Assembly: GCF_037042905.1 (NCBI RefSeq)
Contig: NC_087251.1
Location: 23,746,001 to 23,810,000, forward strand
From: Lytechinus pictus
Lineage: Eukaryota
Length of the DNA stretch: 64,000 bases
Direction of reading: 5' to 3'
Part shown: positions 26,431-36,872 of the stretch, piece by piece
Numbering within the stretch: the first letter of the stretch is position 1
Layout of the letters: the number at the start of each line of letters is the position of its first letter
Made by a program: the position numbers and the translations under genes
Notes under the pieces: generated by a model
What the model was told of the DNA's origin: nothing
Seen by the model: the letters and a program-made list of their open reading frames with translations, nothing else
Database searches by the model: none

Positions 26431-26995
26431 TATTATTCTCTCTCCTTGTTTATTTGGAAAATAAATTGGAGTACCTCCCCCCCCCCCCCCCCACCCACTC
26501 CAGCGCCGCCCATGATAATTCTCACCGGCCGGGGAAACAAGCCCCACGACCACGTTATTTTCCATGATATAACAGTGTAAGGGGCCTCGATAACGAGTAT
26601 ACTAATAGCCGTCATCGGAGCCCCACGCACGTGCGAATGCTTGGAAAAGCGCATTGGACGGGGCCAGTTTCGCGATTATCTTAGGATGCAAGCTTAATAA
26701 TATACTCGTGATATAGGCCCCGCTACTGAGTTGGAGTGCCTGAATTGCCGTAGTGCGGGGCCTATATAACGATTATAGTATTATACTCGTGAAACAGGCC
26801 CCGCGAACGGACATTCTGAGCCATTCAACACAGCAGCGGGGCCTATATCACGAGTATATAGAGTGAGCTGAAGTTAGCAACCTAGATATTGAGGTATGAT
26901 CGATTACAATTTTTTTCTCGAGCGGGGCCTATATCACGAGTATGCCGAAATCAATTAATAACATTAAAAATGTGTTGAAAGTTCGCAGAACTCAC

Positions 26996-27150
26996 CTAAG
27001 TTGATCTAAAATGCTTATTTTTGTCTCCTGCTTAGGCTTAGCCTAGGCTTTTTCAACAAATCAACGGTAGAACACCTGAGAGGATGGTGGAGTCGATTCA
27101 ACAAATTAATAAAGAAAACCAATACACAACAAAATATCGCGAGCAAAATG
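26996..27150 (-). other. Candidate non-coding first exon of PRORP
   Basis: Perfect donor AG|GTGAGT (26995-26990). The ATG exon of PRORP has an acceptor at 19063-19062 that needs an upstream exon. 5' end unknown. Confidence 0.4.
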
Positions 27151-27789
27151 AAAACCAAATTTTCATGTTACCATCTTTTCAAAATACTTTCACTTTCTAA
27201 CCGAACGATTTTTAATAAAATTATTTGGTGAGAGTATTGCTACATTTTTTTTTAAATAACATCCGTGTGAATTAATAACTTCCGTGTGAATTTTAATAAC
27301 ATCCGTTTGTACTGTATTATATTGAATATGTATTGTTACTTTGATTATATTTTGAAAAATTTGTTGAACGGAAATAAATAAATCTAAATCTAAAATTATA
27401 CTGACCTGTCTCGAGTCATGCACGAGTGTTTACTTTTACCCCAGATTATGTTACCTTTAATTGAAACCGAGTCATGGGGGGTCGGGCCGGGGGGGGGGGG
27501 GTTAGTGAACATTGTGCACTCATTGGCTCCTGATATCTCCAGACGCCTGTCACATCTTTACTGGTCAATTATCTCAAATTTTTAAACGTAAAATCTATTC
27601 ATAATTTTGACATTGTAAGATATAAAAAATAAACAATTACAGATTAAAAAGGCAAAGCAAAGTATATGTTCATATAGGCGTGATTTTTCTTGCACGAAGA
27701 TTAGCACACGGTGACTTTTGGCACGCTCATGCACTCACGTAGAGCCTACGTGTTAGTCAAAATTACTCAAAATAACCTTGCCTAATTCA

Positions 27790-28391
27790 AGGTCAAGTCC
27801 ACCCCAGAAAAACGTTGATTTTAATAAATAGAGAAAAATCAAACAAGCATAATTCTGAAAATTTCATCAAAATCGGATGTAAAATAAGAAAGTTATGACA
27901 TTTTAAAGTTTCGCTTATTTTTCACAAAACAGTTATATGCACAACTCAGTGACATGCAAATGAGGGATTCGATGTCGTCCATCACTCACTATTTCTTTTG
28001 TTTTTTATTGTTTGAATTATACAATATTTCCATTTTGAGATTTGACAATAATGACCGACTTGACTGAACCATCAAATGTTAAAACAATGGAAATTCCACA
28101 TGTTCAGGGAGGAATAAAACTTTGTTTCACAAAATAATAAGGGGAAAATTAGGATATTTTATATAATAAAATACAAAAGAAATAGTGAGTGGATGACGTC
28201 ATCAGTCCCCTCATTTTCATACCAACCAGGATGTACATATACTGTTTTACCGGTGAAAGTAAGCTAAACTTTAAAATGCCATAAATTTACACATAACTTT
28301 TACATCCGATTTTGATGAAATTTTCAGTGTTATGCTTGTTGGATTTTCTCCTTTTTTTCAAATAAACTTTTATCAGGGGTGGACTTGTCCT
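27790..28391 (-). mobile_element. Family A TTAA MITE copy 4
   Basis: AGGTCAAGTCCACCCC ... GGGGTGGACTTGTCCT|TTAA. Confidence 0.9.
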
Positions 28392-28510
28392 TTAATTTGC
28401 TCAAATTGTTTCATTGAAATCTTGTGGTTTTTGGAAAAAGTTTTCTTGTGTTGTTTTATCCAGAAAAGAGTGTTATTTTCCGTAATGTCTTCTACGCATA
28501 TTGCCAATAA

Positions 28511-28727
28511 CAGGGGCGGATGGATTTTCCAAAAGGGGTCGGGGCACATTTTCCCGAGGAATATTTGGCAAGCAAAAAGAAAGTCCTCACTTGTGTTTGA
28601 TAGACATAATTTGGGGCATGTTGTGTAAGATGGCATATTTACATTATAAATATTGACTATGGCTCTCACAAGGGGGGGGGGGCACGGGCCGGATGTGCCC
28701 CCCCCCCCCCCCCTGGAACCGCCACTT
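28511..28727. mobile_element. Short hAT-like non-autonomous element
   Basis: CAGGGGCGGAT... CCTGGAACCGCCACTT, flanked by the 8-bp duplication GCCAATAA (28503-28510, 28728-28735). Confidence 0.75.
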
Positions 28728-29943
28728 GCCAATAAAGCCTTTAGAGCCGATGAGCTTATATAGTTTTCAACATGGCTCGTAATGCTGTATTATATCAGCT
28801 TTTACCCCCGGGCCCCCTCCCCCAAAAATTTCATTTTAATTTCAAATAAACATTTATGTTCCTCCATTTTACAAAATTTCTTCATTTTTGTTAACAAGAA
28901 TTGAAATCAATTACCATAAAGAATATAAATATATAAAACTTATGTGTACAGAAGAAGGCGTAGGTCCCTAGAAGCACATGCTTGTGGCGGGATACGCCTG
29001 TGGACATATAAATATATACAATACACAAAATACAATACAAAGATAAGAAGGGCGAGAAAAAGAGAAGAGAAGAAGAGAAGAAAACGAGAGAGGGAGAAGT
29101 GACTCAAGAAGGCGGGCATGAGTTACCGAGTACCAAGCAAATAGAGCGTACAACAATGTATGATGGAGAAGAGAGAGGGAGAGATAAAAAAAAATAAAAC
29201 CGCAGCAACAGTTGCACATTATTCATGTTATCATGTTAACTTAAGATCAAAAGGAATATAAGGTATGAGGATATTCATGCATAGGATGATAAAATCTTTT
29301 TTTTTTCATCTTAAATTTTAAGCTAGTTGCTGACACGGATTTTTTTTATGTAGTCCGGAAGATCATTCCATATTTTCGGACCAGAATAACGGATGTTGTG
29401 TTGAAAGTTATCTTTCTATGTTTAGGAATATATATTTGGTTATTTGTTCGGGTATCAAAATGATGTATTTTTTATACATGTGTAAAGAAATTACGAACAT
29501 TTTCTGGAATTTGAGAATTGAAACACCTGTACATAAAATTACATTGCTGAAGTTTATTGATGTCGTTTAAGTTCAGCAGTTTCTGGGAATGAAATAAAGA
29601 TTTCGTGTCTGTTGGTGGTATTATTCTCAGAAATTATACGCACAATTTTATTCTGAAGGGAGCATAATTTTTTAAGTTGGGTTTGGTATGTGTTAGCCCA
29701 TACCAAATTACAATAATAAAAATATGACAGGATTAAAGAGCAATATAATGTACGTATAGGACCGGTTAGGAAGATAAAAGCTTAGGCGAAATATAATTCC
29801 GATATTTTTCGCTACCTTGTTTTCAATTTTATTTATGTGATGTGACCAAGTTAAATTACTGTCAATGATAATACCAAGAAATTTTGTATTTTCAACTCTG
29901 GGAATAATTTGGTTATTAGGCCTAACTTCTACATGATTAAAAT

Positions 29944-30041
29944 GAATAATACTGGTAACAACAATGATAAAAACAATGATAATAATAATGATGATGATGA
30001 TAATAATAATAATAATAACAATAGAAATGATAATAATGATT
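29944..30041. repeat. (AAT/GAT/AAC)n microsatellite
   Basis: aataataatgatgatgatgataataataataataataac. Confidence 0.75.
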
Positions 30042-32049
30042 AACAGTCAATTAATTAGTTACTAAATATAAATAAACAAATAAATAAATAAAAGGAAGTG
30101 CTCCATGCAAGTTTTGAAAACTACATTTACTAAACATATAAGTCAACAACCCATAAATTAAACTTATTCTTGCGACTTCTATATAGATTTGACATCTTTA
30201 ATTATGTGGAATCTAAAGCTGGAAATCGTTTATGAGAATTCGACCAACAGGTATACAGTCTGAGCGATGATATCCAATCATAGAAGGGCTTAGAATTAAA
30301 CCCGAAAACATAGCTAACAAGCACAGAGATCGAGTAGTCTGCTGTGCAAACCCTTCACTCGAGTAAAGGGTCTGAATTGCAGCCTACTCATGACTGTACT
30401 CATGTACTGAAGGCCCTCTCGCACAGCAAGTTTTGTATGTGCTAGTCTTTTTTGGAGACACACTTGTTGATCAAAGTTTCAATCAGGGTCTGTGCATGCA
30501 CACTAGAGATCGAGTGGGTAATATAAATTCGAACTATCATTTTCACACAAAGTTTACATTACTACAAAGTTGTGGACTGTAGCTGGCGCTATAACACGTT
30601 TAACCTTCAGTTAATCTAAATTAAACAGAAATGGCCAAAAGAACAATTACAACATACAACAAAGGTATAAGACAACTAAATATTCTTACTTTCATCATTT
30701 ACTCCATTCTTTCATCTTGAAAAAAACATTTTCATGGAAAAATAACTCTTTTGATATTGTTTATTCAAACAATATAATGTTTGTAACTAGAGATGGCGCT
30801 ATACAACTTTCTCCAGGGTGTTGTGACAATACTCCCGTGTAAAATGTTGAATGAAGATTTGTCGGGTGAAATTATTATTTTAATATTTTGAAGGATAAGT
30901 AATTAAGATAATTACCTTCACCAAAGTTTTTTTTTATACAGGCAAATAAATTCATGAATTACAAAATCTTGGAGCATTATCTGCAAAATTAAGATAAAAA
31001 ATAAATAAATGAAAATGTTCAGGGATTCTCAAAAAGGACAGTGGTTCAATGTGATTTGTTTTAATGACTTCGATATTATGTGCAAAATGAACAATAAAAA
31101 TAGGTATAGAAGAGGTAAATCAATTTTTTTTTATTGGCTGCATTCTTTCAATATGAAGAAACTGTTTTCAGTAGCACTTTTGATGTTTATTAAGACAATG
31201 TAATGTTTGTAACTGGAGATGGCGCTAGACCACTTTCGTCAGGAAAGCCTGACTAAGTTGATGTGACGTTACTTCCTGGTAAATATTGAAAGAAAAATCG
31301 TCGGGAGAATTGTTAGGCCTTTTATAAAAATAGTAATATTATTATGATTTTCAATAATTATATGGAACAGTTCAATTAACCATCTTCACTCAACATTTCA
31401 AAGATTTTTTTGTTTTCATCCTATCAAACAAATTCACATAACTATACTATCAACATATAGTGAAATCAAAATGGGATTTGATCCAAAATCAATTTTTCAA
31501 GAAAATATCAGTCATGGATTTTCAAAAAGAATGATTGCCTCTATTCGAAGTAGCACATCAAGTAAACAATATTTACATCTTCAGAAATCATGATAGTGAT
31601 TTGATATAGAAAATAAGGGGAGTAGTTACTAGTTCCCCCCCCCCCCCCCCCAGTTTCTATTCAATCAGTCACTATAGGCCTACAACAAGTTGATTTTGTT
31701 TAATGAATTTGATTTACATTGCAAAACCAAAGGCCACAAGAATTTACTGATACTTAAATTAAGTGTCAAAACATTTATATCTATTTCAATACACCTTCTA
31801 GTTTGATTTTATTATTTCAGATCAGGTGATATCATATCAAATCGACATTTTAGGTTAAAGATGCTACATTATTCTTTTGAGGTGGTTTTTCTTAGCATAG
31901 AGTCTTTCGAAAAACAAGCATGTTGAATTTATTGTTACCAAACCAAAATACTAAAAAATATATGCATAAGTTCATTCCATTTTTTATTGTACAGACAAGA
32001 TTGCAAATCACATTCTGCTATTTCTTTCATGCGTGTAATCATCATTATA

Positions 32050-32394
32050 AAAACAAGCGTGTACGGCAAGTTGTGTGAAAAATACTATCTATAAGGTTGC
32101 ACGGGCCTAATTACAACTAGCAGGCAAAAGATATTCATTCTGTTTCTGTTTGTGGTAACTCCCGTAGGAACTCGGCAGGACAGCATTTTGCTGGTAAACG
32201 CCAAGCTGGTATGTCACCAATTACCTAGGAAACATTTTACGTCTAGGTTAATCAGTCACAGTGGCTGACCTTATAGACGACAGGTATTACTCTTGGGCCT
32301 TTTTATCAAAGTGGAGACAATAGCAGAGTTGGGATCCGAACTCACAACCTTGCGATTATGAGTCCAATGCTCTAACCACTGGACCACACGACCC
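32050..32394 (-). mobile_element. tRNA-derived SINE (head at 32322-32394)
   Basis: Minus strand GTGGTCCAGTGGTTAGAGC (A box) ... GAGTTCGGATCCC (B box); imperfect anticodon stem; body extent approximate. Confidence 0.65.
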
Positions 32395-33959
32395 ACACGA
32401 GCCAACCCATTTTCAATTATAAAATTTGATATTGCTGATTGACAAAAATGAATGAATATGATTGACAATCTAACACTGATTCTAGGGAGGGTACCTACTT
32501 AACTTCCTTTTTCCAAATTAGAAAGATAAATCACCTCTTTGTAACTATTCTTTTTTTACTGGCAGAAGAATTAGGGCCATTTTACTGTCTCAATTAAGTG
32601 ATGAATTTGATCCTGTCAGGTGCAGTTCTCATAAATGCCGATTTATTTTTAAAATGAGCCTGTCGAGGTACCCTTTTCTGGTCAGATATGGATCGTCAGA
32701 CATATATCCTATCCACTGGTAGTAAACATTAAACCCTCGAATTTCATCCTTATTTTATTAAGATTTTTTTTTTAGTGCCACTTTAACACACGAGTCTATG
32801 GGAAATGTTTTAGGTCTGTGATACCATTTTTTTTTTTTTTTTAAATAATATTTTATTTTCTTCCTCTTTCAAATCAATAAGTTGACAATCACAATTCATA
32901 TAAATAAAGATTCTTTGCATGTATACAATCAATAAAACAATCAAACAAATAAATATATCAATATCAATGAGATTACAAATATTTAAAAAATGATTACAAA
33001 TGAAATTAAACTGCCAAATTTCTCTTCTATGACAATGTGAAACATTTTTTTTATGTGAAAAAAAAAAAAAAAAACTCTTATAACTTTCCCCCAAAAAGTA
33101 CATAATATAGCATAAAATTATTTCAATATTTAATATCAAAATTTAATATAAAAAATACCATAACTCGGTAAAAACCTGTCTAGCGCCATCTCTAGTTAGA
33201 AACATTACATTCGTTTTACAGTTTTTAATGAATCTCCATATTTTAATTCGTATTTGAATTATGTTAGAAATAGCAAACAAGTAATAATAAAAAAATCGTT
33301 AGCTTGTTATTTTACATTAGGTATACTTCTACATTCTTCCGGAAAGCTATGAAGTTTGTTATTAAAAAACCGAAATTTTAAAGCTGTATAGCGCCATCTA
33401 TAGTTAAAGATATCAAAGGTTAGAGCATAGAGATATATGTACTAATACCGTTCAATAATTATTTGTCATTATATTTTTGTTGAACATTTTCGTAATCAAA
33501 ACATTTTTAAACCTGATGATTTGAATTATTTATAATTATTTATTTGTTTTGGATTTGTTCTAATCACTCTCATCATTGTATAGTCTTCAAATATTGAAAG
33601 CTAGTTTTTGTTTTCGTCCCATGCGTGAATATTTGTTTAAAAACTTTTGTCCCCTCCACAGGGATTTTATTGGCAATAAAACAGCAACAGATACATAATA
33701 GAATAAATAATAATGTAATCACTGATAGAAACAATGAACTGACAGGTATAACAAAATAATTTTATATGCAACAATCAAACAATAAAGAGATTTTTCACTC
33801 GAAACCACATTTTATCAATTTGCGTTGTTTGTAATTTAGTTGGGTAATGTTTTTCTCATTTTTGCAGTGTTTTTTTTTTTAAACAAGTGCACACCAAGTT
33901 ACCAACATTGCATATAGCATTTCCATTTATTTGAAAGCAGGATAAAAGAGCATTGTACA

Positions 33960-34052
33960 TTAAATGCTTTGCTCATAAGCACGGGCATAGGTACCGCGGC
34001 CAGGATCGAACCCCGGACTTTCTATGTATAGCCAGACCACTCGGCCACGGCC
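33960..34052 (-). mobile_element. tRNA-derived SINE fragment with CORE-like tail
   Basis: GTGGCCGAGTGG ... GGTTCGATCC ... TGAGCAAAGCATTTA on the minus strand. Confidence 0.6.
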
Positions 34053-34139
34053 ATGGTTATTGAGGATTTAACGATACTGAAAAGAGGAATCGTTTTGTTT
34101 ATTTTACAATCACAGTTTTTCTTATTATAATTAAAATAC

Positions 34140-34460
34140 ATTCAGTGCACAATTAGTTTTCCCAATAAATCCAAATATTTTATTTTCAGCTGAAAAATGT
34201 ATTATCCCACTGGTTTTTTGTCATAATCCAGTTCTCTAACTTCAATGATTAATGTGCCTTCATTCCCAATATAGATGCAAAACCCTTTCGATTTCTTCCC
34301 TACAGAAGGTACATTAATTTTGTTTACTGAAAATAATTTCAATTTAAAAAGCAAATCATTTGTAAATAAAATACGTTGCACAACCTTATATTGAAACCAA
34401 CGCAATATCCCAATGAGCAATAAGATTCCCACCTTTTATCGTTTAGATCAATATGTTTTT
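34140..34460 (-). mobile_element. L1/Tx1-clade LINE remnant (region after RT)
   Basis: ILRWFQYKVVQRILFTNDLLFKLKL matches the Tx1/L1 FQYK..HRIL.TN motif that precedes the Cys-rich domain. Confidence 0.65.
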
Positions 34461-34749
34461 GTTTCTGTTTTCGTCGTTTCCATAAAATGAAAAACTGAAA
34501 TATGCGAGCATCCCTTTTTACGTTTAGTAATAAATGATAGCACATCTGGAATTAATGGTTGGGGGTTATATTAATGTGGATCTTTCGAACATTTTTTTGA
34601 TAGCACACACAATGAATGATAAAAGTGAAATTTAATCTGACATCATAAATATCCTGAAAATCATTAAAAGAAAAAAAAATGCCTCGATTTAGTCTAATTG
34701 GAGGCCTATACTCACTAGCAAATTGGGGGGGGGGGGGTTTAGAGGGTCT

Positions 34750-34990
34750 TCTATTTTTACAGATTTGACAATAAGGACCAACTTGACTGAACCATAAACA
34801 ATGGTAATTCCACATGTTCAGGGAGAAATAAACCCTTTTTTTCACAGGACAATGAGAAGAAAATGAGAATATTTCATATTTCAAATAATAAGATACAAAA
34901 GAAATAGTGAGTGATGTCATCAGTTCCCTCATTTGCATATACCGACCGGGATGTGCATATAACTGTTTTGTGAAATTAAGTGAAACTTAA
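34750..34990 (-). mobile_element. Internal fragment of a family A MITE
   Basis: CAGATTTGACAATAAGGACCAACTTGACTGAACC...CTCATTTGCATA...GGATGTGCATATAACTGTTTTGTGAAATTAAG matches 8410-9003 inverted. Confidence 0.8.
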
Positions 34991-36039
34991 ATGAGTATAT
35001 TTATCTCTTTATGGTGTGAACATTTTTTTTTCAGACAGAATTGAATCTCGATGGAATGTCATTTTAATTTTGAAAATAATGCTACAAGATTTTGTAATTA
35101 ATGAATTTATTTGCCTGTATAAAAAGAAAAACTTTGAATTTTTTTAGTGAAAGTGTTTATCAATTGTACTTTTCCTTCAAAATAATACGCGGGAGTATTG
35201 TCACAACACCAAGGAGAAAGTTGTATAGCGCCATCTCTAGTTACAAACATTATATTGTTTTAATAAACAATATTAAAAGAGTTATTTCTCAATGAGAATG
35301 GTTTTCTCAAGTTGAAAAAATTGAGTTAATGATGAAAGTCAGATGATTTCGTTGTCTTGTACCTTTATTGTATGTTGTAATTGTTCTTTTGGTCATTTCT
35401 GCTTTGATTTAGATTAACTGAAGGAGAAAAGTGGTATAGCGCCAGCTACAGTCCAAAACCTTATAGTAATGAAAACTTCGCGGCGCGGGGAAAAGATTGT
35501 TCGCTATCCAGAGATTAAAAATTGAAAAAATTACAAATTCAAAGTTACCTTAAATATAAGCATCTTGTTAGTTCTACGTTGATATCTAATTTGTACATTT
35601 ATCATCATACGTGACCAAATAAATCGATATGTAATTTAAAAAAAAGTATTAACCAATATAATACTGCATCATTTTTCCTTTCCTTTTTCCATCATTATCA
35701 TGATAATGATAGGATGATAATAATAATAATGTGTTAGAAATCAACAATGAAAAACTAATAATAATGAATCATTTGAACATCAAGGGCCTATTAATTGCTT
35801 TTCAATCGCCCAAGCGTGCACACGGTCCATGCACCTGTGATTAATTCATTTAGGCCCTATACATCCAATCCGTTCCTATTTGCTGTACACAATATTTACC
35901 TCTCTATTAATATTGGATAGCTTCCACAATTCCATATTACATTTTCTACGACAATTTAGTTCAATGTCAGACGACTATCTTGTAATTTTATCTTTTATAA
36001 ATACATGTTACATAATAGCTATCTGTTATCAGGTTTTTC

Positions 36040-36660
36040 TTTCACCGCGGCATGTTGACTGTTAACCCCAATCAAGGATAAACACCAACCACAGACACCC
36101 CTCATTTCATTGTCTTCTCCCTAGCAACGGGCATTGCTACACACGCTATATGGAGTCAACATGTGTGTGTACGTTGTACCGGTACGTGCATATCGGATAA
36201 GCAGCAGCAAATTGACGCTGTCCGCTGTGTTTAATTCCCCCGACCTTTATTTTGGGAACCGTACGTAGAACACCACAAAATCAAAAGGAACAAACTAAAT
36301 CAAAAGATTAGTAGACTATAATCTAGTTTTCGACGTAACAGAATTGGCAGCTGATCGGACATTGAAATCACTTCTTTCTGGCCAGTGTAGTAAAATTGTG
36401 GAATCAATTTCTCTTCCGGATATCGGAGCGACAACCCCTTCCCACGACAGCCGAGATAGCGGAAGCGACAGGTGTAAATTTGGAGCATGTCACAGCTAAG
36501 GAGAATAACATCTGAAACGTGATGGTGTGATTGTTAACGATTTTAGTGGATTTTTCTAATAATATCAATACTAGACCTACGGTACAAGATCTAAGAGACA
36601 AGACCGGAGAAGTTTTTATAATTTCTTAAAACTGAGTGAGTCGATCCAGGGACGTTCATT
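36040..36660 (+). promoter_or_regulatory. CpG-rich ANKEF1 promoter/5' region with RFX X-box-like site CCTAGCAAC (36120-36128)
   Basis: CG-dense segment directly upstream of the ATG; RFX half-site consensus. Confidence 0.5.
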
Positions 36661-36872
36661 TCAGTTTCAATTGTCAGTATCATTTCTTATGAGTTTGATC
36701 ATGCAATTGCAAATAACTCGAGTTTTTTGTACTCGACAGTGAGAAAGTTGACTTGAAGATGAAAGTACAAGAAGATTTTTAATTATATGACCACCACCTT
36801 TCATTATTGAAATAAAAGCAGATAGGGTCTAATTAAACAAGGATTTAATATAGAAACAACCCAGTGTCAACA

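Larger units (their letters stand above)
20563..26946. mobile_element. ~6.4-kb foldback element with ~500-bp modular TIRs (20563-21056 / 26429-26939)
   Basis: The arms are near-identical reverse complements (the ORF track shows twin peptides at 20845+ and 26654-). Candidate 8-bp TSD GAAATCAA at 20552-20559 and 26947-26954. No transposase ORF. Confidence 0.85.
30530..35503. mobile_element. ~5-kb second foldback-type element with ~450-bp diverged inverted arms (~30530-30990 / ~35065-35503)
   Basis: Example: GTAACTAGAGATGGCGCTATACAACTTTCTCC..GGTGTTGTGACAATACTCCCG (30783-30837) versus its reverse complement at ~35190-35244. Colinear inverted similarity covers the whole arm; TSD not resolved. Confidence 0.75.

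Noticed and set aside
32322-32394. tRNA-Met-like gene (CAT loop)
   Set aside because: Anticodon and acceptor stems do not pair fully and a SINE-like body follows; treated as a SINE head. The same applies to 33990-34052 and 58665-58730.
29585-36112. Possible outer extension of the second foldback (29587-29626 vs 36076-36112, plus flanking AAT microsatellites)
   Set aside because: Similarity is short and weak; it cannot be supported without an alignment.
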